Assembly (NCBI GenBank): GCA_951406725.2
Contig: OX597835.1
Coordinates: forward strand, 25,048,001 to 25,112,000
Origin: Octopus vulgaris
Lineage: Eukaryota
Direction: 5' to 3'
Length of the DNA stretch: 64,000 nt
The notes under the pieces were generated by a model. That model worked only from the letters and a program-made list of their open reading frames with translations. It was not told the origin of the DNA and did not search any database. How positions within the stretch are numbered: the stretch's first letter is position 1; every line of letters starts with the position of its first letter. Below, in pieces: positions 1 to 14,100 of the stretch. Made by a program: the position numbers and the translations under genes.

Positions 1-277
1 GTGGTGTTTGTGTATGTATGTGAGTGGCGGCAGGGAAGGGGTGGTGGGCATTGTAAAACACTTGAGATGCTATGAAGCGCTTCCTTCATTCTACACATCT
101 CTCCCAATTCTCTCTTTTTTTGCCAGTTGTTGATCCTGGGTTAGTAAATGTTCATCACAGTAAAGATTTTATTTATTCAGCAAATATTCTTTACAATGTG
201 GAGATGTAAACAGCTCCGTTCTGTTTTGCTCATTCTTTGGCAGTTTAGCTATTTCCCATGTTTTTATTTTATCCACT

Positions 278-328
<51 letters not shown>

Positions 329-351
329 TACATCATTCTTCTCTCCCTCCT

Positions 352-404
<53 letters not shown>

Positions 405-939
405 CTCCTTCTCTGATGGGGAAATTGCTAGAATATCTTGTATGGTTTGTCTAGGATCAACCAAAATGATAGCATTGCAAAGCTTTTTAATACTGACTGC
501 CATTTCTGTTGTACAACAAACAAGTCAAAGATTTTGTTTCTACCATTCTTTTTTTTTCTTTCTTTTTTTTTATTGCTTTTACTTTCATTTTTTTCTTTTG
601 TATTTTATTTTCCGTTTCTTTTATCTTTTTTACATTTTTTTAACATTTTCGATTTGCGAAAAAAAAAAGAAAGAAAAAAAGGCCAAAGATTTTGCAGCCC
701 CACCCTGAGAAATTTCAATAATTTAGCCCATCCACAAATACTTCATTTTCTATGTGAATTCTTTTAATTTTTAGTATAGTTGTAAGTATCCTCGCTTGTC
801 ATACAGGAGAGCAGGGTTCAACTAACCATCGGGGAAGCCATTTAACTGGCAGTGCCCCAGCATGGCCACACTTCAAGGCTGAAACATATAAAAACGAATT
901 TTAAATTTTTTCACTGGTGGGCCTTTTATGTTATTTTTT

Positions 940-1335
940 TTTTTTACAGTCATTGGGCTGAGGCCATGCTGGGGCACCACCTTGAAGGGTTTAGCTGAAC
1001 AAATTTAACCCCAGGACTTACTTTTTAAGCCTGGTTCGTATTCTGTCAGTCCCTTTTGCCAAACTGCCAAGTTATAGGGATGTAAACAAACCAACACTAG
1101 TTGTCAAGTGGAAATGGGAGACAAACACACACACAGATACATACATATACATCTGTATATATATGTCTATAATACAGGCTTCTTTCAGTTTCTGTATACT
1201 AAACCCACTCACAAAGCTTTGGTTGGTCCAAGGTTATAGTAAAAGACACATGCCCAAGGTACCATGCTGTGGAACTGAACCCAGAACCATGTGATTGGGA
1301 AGCAAACATTTTAACGCACAGCCACGCCTGTGCCT
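940..1335 (-). mobile_element. tRNA-derived SINE family A
   Basis: Reverse complement of ggctgtg...ggttcagt(t/c)ccac...ccttgggca.gtgtctt, an internal (TA/TG)n, and a ccagcatggcc tail. Confidence 0.85.
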
Positions 1336-1664
1336 GAATGTCTAATAGATTTTAATTGTATTTTATTTATTTATTTTTGCTACATTCTTAACTTCTTAAA
1401 CAATGTAAAAAAAAGAAGAAAACAGACAAAAAACAATGCCATCTTTCCCCCCATTCCCTCCTTCCCAACCACTAAAAATCTCACATGGTTAACATTTTGC
1501 TTTCATTTCACAAATATGTGTCTGCTCTTAGTAAGTTCAAACCAAACCAGAAGTATGTTGTTGCTTAGCTCAAGAACAGTTCTGTGTGAGCACATGATCC
1601 ATGATCAAAGATGTTCCAACTCTGCCCTACACATACCCATCTCCCATTTTGTTACCTACATCGT

Positions 1665-1975
1665 CCCCACCCTGATCTAGCCATTACCTAGATATTTAGT
1701 CATTGCCTTGATGTAACCCACTCTAATCTAGGCCGTTTGAGCCATCTAACCTGCTCTGATCCAGGTCGTCTAACCCACCTTGATCCAGGCCATATAATCT
1801 GCCCTGATCTAAGGTCATCTAACCTACTCTGATCCAGGTTGTCTAACCTGCCCTGATCCAGGCCAACAAACCCACCCTGATCCAGGCCAACAAACCCACC
1901 CTGATCCAAGCTGTCTAATCCACCCCAAACCAGGCCATCTAATCCACCATGTTCTAGGCCATCTAGCCATCTGTC
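1665..1975. repeat. Degenerate 24-bp tandem repeat (consensus near TCTAACCCACCCTGATCCAGGCCA), about 12 units
   Basis: Recurrent tgatccagg...aaccc at 24-bp spacing, which also explains the DQGGFVGL-repeat ORF. Confidence 0.85.
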
Positions 1976-3399
1976 ATTTAATTCTTACCAAGATCTACTT
2001 CACTCTATTCTAGTTGTTACCCCTTCATCTTCTAGACATAATCTAAACCTAACCTACCTTTGCTTCATTCACACCTTAGACTTTATTTACCCATGTTGCT
2101 CCTTGCAGTGACCGCAAACTAAGTGCCTCTGCAATTGTTCCAGCATTGACCTAATCCTTCTTGCTCCATCTGGACCCTACCCTACAATATACCCATCTAG
2201 AGCTGACCCATTTTGTTTCTAGACATAGTGTATCTCAGACTACAGTATCCAAAGTATTTCTTTGTTTTCAAGTCAGGGTATGAATTGAGTGCTGTTGGAC
2301 TCAAGATTTCAGTTCTCGGATAGTGCATTGTACCTTTAAGCAAGACTCTTCATTTTTACATTGCTCCAGCTGAATATGAGTACCAATACCAGTAGCAACT
2401 GGGAGGGCTAACTCTTGTGATAGACTGGTATCCTGCTCAGGGGGTGAATCTCCCTCTACTTTCAGTCACTGAAACATTCCAAAAATTTGGATCAGCTCCA
2501 ACTTCAAGAGCTCGTAAGCTCAAGGTAGACTGTATAATTTGAAGAGGATTTGGCTGCTATTTCTAATATTGCGAGCCATTGTGTAGAAAGAAATGTGCTT
2601 CTTCGTTAAGTAATTGGTTATGGAATCCGAAATTTGGTAGAAATGTTACTTTGTTTAAAACGAGAAGGAATGTGCTGCCGATGGAGATGTGTTGAGAAGA
2701 TATTTATATTGGATATATCCTGTTACAAAAGTATATATAACAGAGTGATGACCTCTCCATAGGTCATTGTCCTGGATAGTCTCACCTCATTACTACCACT
2801 AATGAGGGAACCTCTGTGTGGTAGCTTGCTTTGCTAGAAATGTAAACCAAATCTCCCTTGAGGCATATCAGATGAGATGAGGCATACCACATGAGATATT
2901 GCTATTTCATGCAATATTTACCAATACCTACATCTAAAGCAAATTTTTTTTTTTAGAGGACCTTGAAATATTGTGGATCTCCACTTTACTATTTTGCAGT
3001 GTGGACCCCAAAAATCTGATATGGACTCTGGTTGAGAACCACTGGTTCACACAAACACACACACAGAGTCAGATTTTTATGCTTGACTTTGTAAAAACTG
3101 GAACACAACTTATGCACATGTCAGCAAAGTTTGAATATGAACAGAAAATATTTTCTGCCAAGATTTAACACTAAATTAGGGGTGCGTATTACAAGTGAAT
3201 TCATCTTTAAGTGAATTTTGATAGGAAGGGCAGCTTGTTCTAAAAAAAGCAAAGAAAATGCTAAATAAACATTACAGATGAGACATTATACCCATAGAGT
3301 TCACAGGGTATTTTTCTGTGGTTGTGTGCACCTAATGGCTTGGATCCAGGATTGCAATTTGTAGTAAAATGCTGTAAGACCTAGCAAACCCATATTACC

Positions 3400-3620
3400 T
3401 ATTTCTTTACTACCCACAAGGGGCTAAACACAGAGAAGACAAACAAGGACCGACAAATGGATTAAGTCGATTATATCGACCCCAGTACTTATTTAATCGA
3501 CCCCGAAAGTATGAAAGGCAAAGTTGACCTCAGCAGAATTTGAACTCAGAACGTAGCGGTGGACGAAGTACCGCTAAGCATTTCGTCTGGTGTGCTATCG
3601 TTTCTGCCAGCTCGCCGCCT
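3400..3620 (-). mobile_element. SINE family B
   Basis: Reverse complement of ggcggcgagctggcagaaacg...gagttcaaattc...ctttgcctttcat.ctttcggggtcg...ccccttgtggg. The central block resembles the Meta/MESC-type SINE domain (from memory). Confidence 0.85.
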
Positions 3621-4031
3621 AATTACCCATATTATCATACCATCCCATATTACCATCATCATCATTGTTGTTTTTATGTCTGCTTTTTCATGCTAGCATG
3701 GGTTAGACAGGACTTTGATGTGGTGCTTTATGGCTGAATGCCCTTCCTGATGCCCACCTCCTTTTAATTGTCTTATATGATGTGTTGGGACATGGTTGAA
3801 AACCAGAGTATGTGCACATCTTTACTTTTTGTCATTGGACTGCGGCCATGCTGGTGCCACTCAGTGAGATTGAACTTGAAACGTCGTCATTGCAAAGCGT
3901 AAGCTTCTTAACCACACAGCCATGTCAGTGGACAACAACAAAGACAGTGGGAAATGCAAATGCCATTAGACATTTCTACCCAGCATGCTAACAATTCTTT
4001 CAGCTCACTGCCTTGGCAATAATAATAATAA

Positions 4032-4240
4032 TGTTTCTTTATTACCCTCAAGGGGCTAAACATAGAGGGGACAAACAAGGACAGACAAACAAATTAAGTC
4101 GATTACATCGACCCCAGTGCGTAACTGGTACTTATTTGATTGACCCCGAAAGGATGAAAGGCAAAGTTGACCTCGGCGGAATTTGAACTCAGAACGTAAC
4201 GGCAGACGAAATACCGCTAAGCATTTTGCCCGGCGTGCTA
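4032..4240 (-). mobile_element. SINE family B
   Basis: Same consensus, flanked by (TAA)n. Confidence 0.85.
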
Positions 4241-4515
4241 ATAATAATAATAATAATAATAATGATAATGGTGGTGGTGGTGGAAAGGGAAAGAAAAGGG
4301 TTCTTTTTAAATGATTTCTCTTTGTTATGGCAGTTTTTTTTACAAGTAATGAAAATTGTCAATAAGCACTACACACATGCACACTCATGCATGCACACAC
4401 ACACAAACACCGTTTTTCGACTGATACTTCATCTGTTATTGTTGGCTTTTTTTTTGTAATGAATTGTTTTGATTTTTTTTTCTTTTTTCGAAATCATAAT
4501 TTTTGTACAGCTGCC

Positions 4516-4550
<35 letters not shown>

Positions 4551-4883
4551 CAGAGAGAATTTGCAGAGCTATGTAACAGGCTTAACATATCTGACAAACT
4601 TATCTAAACAAATGGTACACACATACACCAGCTTAATACACGCATACTGATGCTAATTAACAAACACATTCAGATGATTAACTCACACCCAATTAACACA
4701 CACACACACACACAACCAACATTTAATCTCAGCAATTCCCTGTAACATTCTTTATTGGACTTAATTATTCTTGTCATCTGAACTTTTACATAAGTATGAG
4801 TTTGTGTGTGTGTGTGTATCTTTTGTGTGTCCATGTCCTGAGGGGATGCATTCTATACACTGTTAACTGTGTGTGTGTATTGG

Positions 4884-4942
<59 letters not shown>

Positions 4943-4998
4943 TTTCTCTCTCTATATATATATATACATATCTATATACATATATATATATACATATA

Positions 4999-5064
<66 letters not shown>

Positions 5065-5216
5065 TATATGTATATATATATATGTATATAGATATGTATA
5101 TATATAGAGAGAGAGAGAAAGAAAGAGATATATACATATATATATATATATGTAAGTATAGATATATGTGTGTGTATAGATATAGATATATATATGTGTG
5201 TGTATGTATATATATA

Positions 5217-5436
5217 TAGTAATCCCTTGTTGTATCGTGGTTCACCTATTGCAATTTATTATTTAAGCTTACGCCGATTCCTCCATGGTGTTGTTTTGCA
5301 TTTATAATAAAATAAATATATACAAATTATAAAAATAATGATAAAAAAATACACAGTGCCCTTTCTACTTCGGCGGATTTTCACCTATCGCAGGGGGTTT
5401 TGGAACGTAACACCTGCGATAGTCAAGGGGTTACTG
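5217..5436. mobile_element. Tc1/mariner-pogo (Tigger-like) MITE
   Basis: Terminal inverted repeats agtaatcccttg..tatcg / cgata..caaggggttactg flanked by TA. Confidence 0.7.
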
Positions 5437-5467
5437 TATACATTATGTGTGTGTGTGTGTATTTATA

Positions 5468-5498
<31 letters not shown>

Positions 5499-5992
5499 AT
5501 ATATATATGTATATATGTATATATATATATGTGTGTACATATATATATGTATATATATATATGTATATATGTATATATATATATGTATGTATATATATAT
5601 ATATGTATATATATATGTGTGTGTGTGTAAGTGTATGTATGTGATTGTGTATCTATGATGTAAGTCTATGTATGCGTATATACATAACTTATGTATTTAA
5701 AAGTCTTATAAATTCTCTATATGTGTGTTTTCATTAATAAATGTCTGCTTGCATATGCTTCTGTGAAGTGTGTGTGTTTGTGTGTGTGTTGTTCTTTATC
5801 CCCAGGTAAGACCTGATAAAGTAGGCAGACATATCAGATGTGTACCATCCCAGCTGTGACAATCCCATTTTTTTCCTTCAAGTTATAGCCTACATTGTCC
5901 CATATGGTATGATTTGAGTGAGGTTTGACTGTTATATCAAGCAATTAAGCAACCACATAGTGGTGCCCTCATTAACCCATGTATGCATATAC

Positions 5993-6024
<32 letters not shown>

Positions 6025-6026
6025 AT

Positions 6027-6222
6027 TCATCATCATCATACTTTAACATCTGTTTTCCATGTTGGTATGGGTTGGACAGTTTGACAGGAGCTGACCAGCT
6101 GAAGGGCTGCCCAGGCTCCCTGTCTGTTCTGGCATGGTTTCTATGGCTGGATGCCCCTCCTAACGCCAACCACTTTACAAGGAGTACTGGGTGCTTGTAC
6201 ACAGCACCAGCATGAGCACTTT
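6027..6222 (-). mobile_element. Retroposon family C with a (GAT)n tail
   Basis: catcatcat...ttccatg...gctggatgccc(c/t)tcctaacgccaaccac shared with many copies in the window. Confidence 0.75.
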
Positions 6223-6407
6223 TCATTTGTAACCCTAACCCTACAAGCCCATAAGATTAGGGATGCTCAACTGGAGGGATTTGCAAAGGATGAGCCTGTA
6301 TGCAAGGACAGCCATGCTTTTACTTAGCTTGACCTCAAATGAAACACAGAAATGTTTGGAATGAAATATAACTATCTTCATCTTTATATCAAGTGCCTGT
6401 ATATGCA

Positions 6408-6575
6408 TAGGTGCAGATGTGGATCTGTGGTAAAAAGCTTGCTACCCAACCACATGGTTCAGGGTTCAGTTCCACTGCGTGACACCTTGGGCGAGTGTTT
6501 TTTTTTACTATAGCCTTGGGCTGACCAAAGCCTTGTGAGTGTATTTGGTAGATGGAAACTGAAAAAGTCCATTGC
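6408..6575 (+). mobile_element. SINE family A, 5' half
   Basis: tRNA-like head with B box ggttcagttcc and ccttgggcgagtgt core. Confidence 0.8.
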
Positions 6576-6587
6576 ATATTTTCTTAT

Positions 6588-6845
6588 TCTTTTACTTGTT
6601 TCAGTCATTTGACTGTGGCCATGCTGGATCACTGCCTTTAGTCGAATAAATCGAACCCAGGGCTTATTCTTTGTAAGCCTAGTACTTATTCTTTCAGGAT
6701 ATATTGCCAAACTGCTAAGTTACGGGAACTTTGATCAGCCCGAGGCTATAGCAGAAGACACTTGCCCAAGGTGCAATGCAGTGGGACTGAACCTAGAACC
6801 ATGTAGTTGGTAAGCAAGCTACTTACTACACAGCCACTCCTGCGC
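6588..6845 (-). mobile_element. SINE family A, internally deleted
   Basis: Tail ttttacttgtttcagtcatttgactg through head acacagccactcctgcgc. Confidence 0.85.
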
Positions 6846-7581
6846 ATACATATATATATGTTCTCTCATAGCCTCAAGATTTCAACGATGTGATGGCTTA
6901 TTTTTAGAATGAGATCATAGGGTAGTTGTGAGAGGCTAGATCTGACTGGTTAGAATATAGATTATGTAGAATATTGTGGTTGGATGTGGCCAGATTTAAA
7001 TGCTAAAAGGTTGAAATTCCATGCTAATTTTATGTTCCAAACATTACTTTAATAATTCACTGCAAAGTTATTAAATTGAATTCTTCGTTATTTTCATAAT
7101 TAATTTAACGAAAGGCAATGTATTTCAACAGAAATATAGGAACAAAAAGAGTTAATAAAGAAATCTAGGACACATTAGATACTGTAGTATCTTAGATATG
7201 CATACACACTCACAGTTTGAATTAAAGGTTGGACATCCATGGTTGGATGTCTTTGATCATTGGGCGAAAAAAATCATTGGTGACTCGGGGCTAAACAACA
7301 ACCCTTTCCTCAGCTCATACATAGACTAAACTTCTTTTTAGATCTCCTCACCACTACCAATCACTACCGTGCTGCTGCCACTGAGGGCAAAGACACTATA
7401 TTCCACTTGCCTAAACCTCTTCATGCCTAATTAACAAGTTATTAGTCCTTATCTACTCTGTTTTTCTTTTTTTTTTTTGTCTTTTGTGTGAGTGGTGGGG
7501 GTGGGGGTGATGGTGATAGCGGCAATGGTATTCTTACCATCTTAAGATATAAAAGTAAGACAAGTGGAATAAGACATTGAG

Positions 7582-7621
<40 letters not shown>

Positions 7622-8849
7622 ACATTAAAACTGAAAATTATTGAACAAATTTACTTTATTGAGCAATCAGGAGTGGTGATGGTGGAGTTGGTGATTTGGT
7701 GAAGAAACAAGAACCTCCACATCCCACCACCTCCCACCCCGAAGTAATGGTGGAAGGCAAGGAGGGGGCTTTGCAGTAAGGATGTTATCTTGTTATACAA
7801 GAGATGGTGATGGTTTAGTTAGAGCCCAGAGAATGGAAGTGGGGAGGTGGGGATAAAGATAGAGAGATAAGGAGGGGAGGTAATCTCCCTAATTAATTCA
7901 GTCCACAATATTGGGGCGATGGTGGTGGTGGTGGTGTTGGGTGAGGGGACTGTACCCTTCCGGCTTCTCCCCTCCTCTCCTTGCCTCTCTTTTTAGTCTT
8001 ATTTTCTCCAAGACTCCAGACTGTCTGATAGTTTCCAGATTTTTCTTGTGTTCCTGCTGCTGTTGTTGTTGTTAGAAAAGGTTTGCTTTTCTTTTTTTTT
8101 TCTGCTTATCTTTTCTCTCAAACAATTCCAGTTCCTTCCACCCACCCCCTTTTTTTTTTTCTCCTGCCTCTGTTACTATCACCAACACCATCACTGCAAG
8201 AAATGGGGGTGGAAGAGATAGAAGCTGCCGGTATTGGTGAAGGAGTCTTACAAGGACTTGTATTAAGGGCTTTGCTTTTTAATATCTTCAAGTGTCTAAT
8301 CTTTGTCTTGTATCTGTCTTGGGGTTTCTTTACTCTTCATCATTGTTTTGTTGGTGAAGAATTTATTTTACTTTTCCCATCAGGATATTTCTCCTTTGTT
8401 TTAACCCTTTAGCATTCAGATTACCCTGTCATATATAAATGCTTGTTTATTCAATGCTCTGAAATTAATCACAGATTATCCTGTAGCTTTGAGATAAGAT
8501 TTAGGTGCAGGCATGGCTGTGTGGTAAGAACTTCACTTCCGAATCACATGGGTTCTGGATTCGGTCTGTTACCCACACATTAATTGCAAATGTTTTCGTG
8601 AGTCAATGAAAGAGCCTCTGTGTGATTGCTCTGCTGGAAAGAGCAGCCTAATCTTCTTCATTACATCCCACTGTTTGAGAAAAAGATATACCAAATACTG
8701 TGGTCTTGGGTTTCTTCCATATAGGAGAAAGATAGGATGGTATAACCAGAATGTCTTTGGTTCAAGGACTGCTAGATCTTGCAAAATAAACAACACTATA
8801 TATATAGGTATGTACGTGTATGTATCTATATATTATTTATGCTATTATA

Positions 8850-9070
8850 TATTCTTTTACTTGATTTAGTCATTTAACTATGGCCATGCTGGAGCACCGT
8901 CTTGAAGGGTTTTAGTCAAAGAAATCAACCCTAGGACTTATTCTTTTGTAAGCCTGGTACTTATTCTATCAGTCTCTTTTGCCGAACCGCCAAGTTAGAG
9001 ACATAAACATACCAACATCGGTTGTCAAGTGATGGTGGGGGACAAACACACACACACACATACAGAAATA
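8850..9070 (-). mobile_element. SINE family A, 3' half
   Basis: ggccatgctggagcacc...tttgccgaaccgc...ggttgtcaagtgatgg. Confidence 0.8.
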
Positions 9071-9423
9071 TATATACATATATATATATATAAGAATGTC
9101 AAAGCTACAGAGAGAGATCACCACATCCGGCTCAGATATTCTGTTTTATGCTCAAACCAACCAGATTTGGCCTTTCAAATGTGATTTTAAAAGTAAATGG
9201 AGGGGGGGGGGGACCACATGAAAAAAAATGAAGCTATGAAATCACAGATCACACAAGAGAATTCTGAATGCTAATGGGGGGGGGGGGGTTTAGAGTGCTT
9301 CAGCACTTGAGAACAAGCTTTATGGTGCCCAATGAGTATTTCCTCATGGAGACATTCATCACCATTGTCATCACCACCACCATCACCATCATCATCATAC
9401 AGATATTCAGAATGTATATGTTG

Positions 9424-9462
<39 letters not shown>

Positions 9463-9684
9463 CAGTGTCTTGTAGTAGTCCTGATATAAGAAACACAAGT
9501 TAAGACTGCAGAGATGGGTTTTCTCTTAATGAAATGAAAACCAGATTTTCAACTGGATTGGAACTGTCAGCACTGTTATTAATCATTGGGGCTGAAGGAA
9601 TTGTTCTGTGAGAAAGCAAAAACCTCTGCTGGCCTGAAGCTAAAGAAATGTTCTGCCCAACCATTCAATCATCCATGTTCCTCC

Positions 9685-9715
<31 letters not shown>

Positions 9716-10422
9716 TTCTTTCTCCCCCCTCTCTCTCTCTCTTCCTATTAGCACCAACTTGGTTGGCACATCATCACCATCATCACCTCCAACACTACTA
9801 TCATCACCACCATAATCAGCATCCCCACCATCACCATCTCTACAAGCCATACCATGATAATCATCATTAGTTATACATAAGCAAAGGGTGGAAAAAATTG
9901 GTATTATTTATGATATATTCCAAAACAGTTCCTTTGCCACCCCCTCCACCCTCCCCACACATTTTCATAAATTAGCCCCTCAAGGCTTAAAAAGGGTGTG
10001 GACATGTCTACCTATTCTTTTTTTTTTTGTGGATTTTCCTTCATCTTCCTTTCTTTTTCTTATATCAAATTTATATTTCCACTTTCTGACATCTCTGCCC
10101 CTCCCATCACCATCATCCCTTTTGTCACTTTCTGGTTTCACTTCCTCCTCTTCTTCTTCTCTCTCTCTGATCCCTTATCCTTCACTATTTGACACTTTCC
10201 ATCACTCCTTGATCCCTTTTCAGTCAGTCCTTTTTCTCTTTAGGCTTTGCCTCCCCCTTCAATTTTTTTCACTTTGACCCCTTTTCTCTTCGTTCTTTGA
10301 CCCTTTTCCCCCTTCACTCCTTGGCCCTTTTTCCTTTTACTCTTTCGTTCTTTTTTTCTTCAATTCTTACCCGCCTTTTCTTATTCATTTTCAAACATGT
10401 ACTCCATGTCAATCTCTCACCC

Positions 10423-10452
10423 TCTATCTATCTATCTGTCTATATCTATCTA

Positions 10453-10498
<46 letters not shown>

Positions 10499-10640
10499 CG
10501 TCCGTCCGTCCGTCCGTCCGTCCGTCCGTCCATCCATCCATCCATTTATCTCTATCCATCCATCTGTCTGTCTATCTTTCTGTCTGTCTATCTGTCTGTC
10601 TGTCTGTCTGTCTGTCTACCCATCTATCTATCTAACTATC
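10423..10640. repeat. Compound tetranucleotide microsatellite (TCTA/TCTG/TCCG/TCCA)
   Basis: Directly visible. Confidence 0.95.
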
Positions 10641-10793
10641 TTAGTTAGTACAAGTGAAAGAGAGAGACTTTAATCACAGTGCAGACAGAAACTGCAGATT
10701 TCCCTTTCAGAGTGCCAAACCACTGGTGAATGAGTCTAACTGCTGTTTCTAGCTTCAATAATTCCCCCACCTTCTCCTTTTCACTATCAACTC

Positions 10794-10855
<62 letters not shown>

Positions 10856-11302
10856 ACAAGCATATCCCCCACCTTTCTCATAACTATGGTTATTGGGAGT
10901 TGCAGTAGTGGTCATCATTGTATTGGTGGTGGTGGCGGCGGTGGTGTTGGTGCAGATAGTTCTTGGTTGCACATCAAGAAGGACTTCAGTCCTCTCACTC
11001 CCTCAGGTTTTGACTGTTCAATCATCAATCAATCCAAGTGGTAAAACAAGCCCTGTAAATTTTTTTACAGGCTTAGGAAAGCTGTGGCAATTTTCCTCCT
11101 CCCCTTAGGGTATTAACAATAAGGGGAGGATGTGTTTAGGTCGGCAAACAGGTGGGTGGGCAGGTGGATGATTATAAAAACTCATCAGTTTAACCCAGCG
11201 TTTCTTAACTGGGTTCCATATGGCCCTTCGGGGATCCTTATAAGATTTTGTTTTTAAAAATCTATGTGCAATAAACTGGGTATACTTCTATGATACATAG
11301 AA

Positions 11303-11544
11303 TCATCATCATCATCATCATCGTTTAACGTCCGTTTTCCGCGCTAGCACGGGTTGGACGTTTCGACCAGGGTCTGGGAAGCCAGGGGCTGCACCAGGCT
11401 CCGGTCTGATCCAGCAGTGTTTCTACAGCTGGATGCCCTTCCTAACACCAACCACTCCATGAGTGTAGTGGGTGCTTTTTACGTGCCAGGGGAGTCTGGC
11501 ATTGGTCACGATCGGTTGGTGCTTTTAACTTGCCACCGGCACGG
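11303..11544 (-). mobile_element. Retroposon family C
   Basis: (CAT)n cgtttaacgtccgttttcc...ctacagctggatgcccttcctaac. Confidence 0.8.
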
Positions 11545-11629
11545 AAATTTTAATAATTTTAAGAGGTCTGATCTGGCTGGTTTTTAACATAAAGTAGCGG
11601 AAAGAAAATTTGGGTCAGATATGGCCAGT

Positions 11630-12240
11630 TTAACCTGTTAGCATTCAGATTACCTTACCAAATGTAATGCTCATTTATTCAGCTTCTTTAAAGTTAATCC
11701 TGTATTATCTTGTAGCTTTGAGACTTTTGAAGTTATTCTTTTACTTGTTTCAGTCATTTGAATGTGGCCATGCTGGAGCACTGCCTTTAGTCGAACAAAT
11801 CAACCCTAGCATTTATTCTTTGTAAGCCTAGTACTTATTCTATTGGTCTCTATTTTCAAACAGCTAATTTACAGGGACATAAGCCAACATTGGTTGTCAA
11901 GCGATGATGGAGGGACAAACAGACACACAAATACATATGTACACACATTTTATATGTATATATTATATATGGCGGGCTTCTTACAGTTTCCGTCGGCCCG
12001 AGGCTATAGAAGACACTTGCCCAAGATGTCATGCAGTGGGACTGAACCTGGAACCATGTGGTTAGGAAGCAAGCTTCTTACCACACAGTCATGCCTGTAC
12101 CTGTAAAATGCCGTACCCCAGGTGCTTATTTTTAGAAGGATATTGTAGGATAGGTGCAAGAGGCCAGATCTGGTTGGATTGGGCATGAAACAGGTAGAAA
12201 ATTTAGGCCAGATACGACCTGTTTAAATTCAGAAGCGTTA
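11630..12240. mobile_element. TTAA-bounded MITE (second piggyBac-like family) split by a SINE insertion
   Basis: The left part ttaacctgttagcattcagat matches 8401-8495. The right part (12120-12240) matches 6890-7012. A SINE occupies 11735-12101. Confidence 0.55.
11735..12101 (-). mobile_element. SINE family A
   Basis: Tail-to-head match to the family consensus. Confidence 0.85.
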
Positions 12241-13008
12241 AGTACATTTTATAAGATTTTTTTTTTTCATGGAGGGAGTTGCTTTGAATATTGGCTTTCA
12301 GGATGTTTAATTGCAGGGCAGTGGGGGGTGAGCGGAGCCCATTTTGTATTGATACAATCAGCTAAAAGAATTTCTAACGAAATAGACTTGGTATGTCAAA
12401 AGAGTTATTTGTATCTGTAGACTCCATCTTGGTTGCTGTCACCCCTCCGGGTGTGTTGTGTGTGTCTCTTTGCCTTCATTTGCTTGTCTCTCAAGTGTGT
12501 AAAATATCCAGCTAGGTTATTAGTTGTGTGTGTGTTTTCCTGGTTGTTATTCCTTTGCGTGTGTGTGTGTGTAGGTTTGTGTGTGTATGTATTATTCACA
12601 TAAGCATATGTGCCTTCATACTCTCCGCTGTTATTCACCTGTATGTATGTGTGTGTGCATGCTTCCGTGCACGCATATGTGTGTTTGTGAGAATGTTTTT
12701 TTATATATATATTTTGCTAGTCCAATGTTGTGTTCTACCCAGGGTGGAAAGTAGGGGAATGTCACATGAAAGAAGGGAGAGAGAACTAATCCCACCCCCC
12801 CATTCCACCACCATTGGGCAGGCGTGGGGGTGAAATAACAGAGGCAAAGCAAAGTGGTTGGCTTATAGCTGAAGCAGCAGATGTTTATTTTGAGGGCAAG
12901 GGTTGATGCCAGTGTATATAACATAGTTATTTATTTACCCTACTCTCACAACATGGGTTATTGTTAGGGGTTTGTGTTCCTTGCCATTTAAACTGTTGAC
13001 TGTTGTTG

Positions 13009-13040
<32 letters not shown>

Positions 13041-13644
13041 GGTGGTGGTGGTGGTGGTGGGACAGTTAACAGTGGTATGGTGTGGTGCCGGTGGTGGTGA
13101 CAGTGCAATAGTGGAAGTACAGGGTGAATGGAAGTGGGGGAGGGTGATGGTATAATGGGGCTGTGGGATGGGAAGGTGACATAGTTGGTGGTGATGGTGG
13201 TGCAGCAGCAGTAATAGAGGTGCATACAGTGGGTGGACGGTTGGCTGGTAGTTGGTGGAATAGTGGTTGTGGGGCAGGGGGTAGAGTTGCTGGTTGTATG
13301 ATGGTGGAGGTAGTGTAGTTGACAGTGGTATGATGGGAGTGCAGGGTGGGGAAGCAGTAGTAGTTGTCAGTGGTATAATAATGGTGATATGCAGGGTATA
13401 GTTGTAATGGTGGTATGATGTTCAAACATGATGGTATTGTGTGTGTATATATATATATATATGTGTGTGTGTGTATGTGTGTTAGTCTTTGTGTCTGTGT
13501 TTCTTCACCACCACTACCACCACTGTGTGACATACCAGTGATGGTGTGTTTATGTTCTTGTAACTTAGAGGTTTGGCAAAAGAGACTAATAGATAAGTTC
13601 CAAGGTTTTCTTGTTTGTTTTTTTTAAAGGTGTATATTCTGTTT

Positions 13645-14009
13645 ATTCTCCTACTTGTTTCAGTCATGTTTCAGACTATGGTCATACTGGAGCACCACCT
13701 TGAATTTTTAGTCAAATGAATCAACCCCTGTACTTATTTTATTACTTTTTTTTTGTTTTGTTAAGCTTGGCACTTATTCTATCAATCTGTTGCCGAGCTG
13801 CTAAGTTACAGGGATGTAAACATACCGACACCAGTTGTCAAGTGGTGGTGGGGAAAACAAATGCTGACACACACACACACACACATATATATATGATGGG
13901 CTTCATTCAGTTTCCATCTACCAAACCCTTTCACAAGACATTTGCCCAAGGTGTCGCGCAGTGGGACTGAATCTGGAAAAATGTGGCTGGGAAACAAGCT
14001 TCTTACCAC
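13645..14009 (-). mobile_element. SINE family A
   Basis: Tail-to-head match to the family consensus. Confidence 0.8.
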
Positions 14010-14100
14010 TATGTGTGTATGTATGTATATATATATACATATATATATATGTGTGTGTGTGTGTGTGTATGTATGTATATATATATATATATATTTTTTT

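Noticed and set aside
10893-11108. Hydrophobic ORF resembling a signal peptide for the FGFR
   Set aside because: It starts at TTG just after an in-frame stop, the nearby ATG is in another frame, and the hydrophobicity comes from a (GGT)n-like tract.
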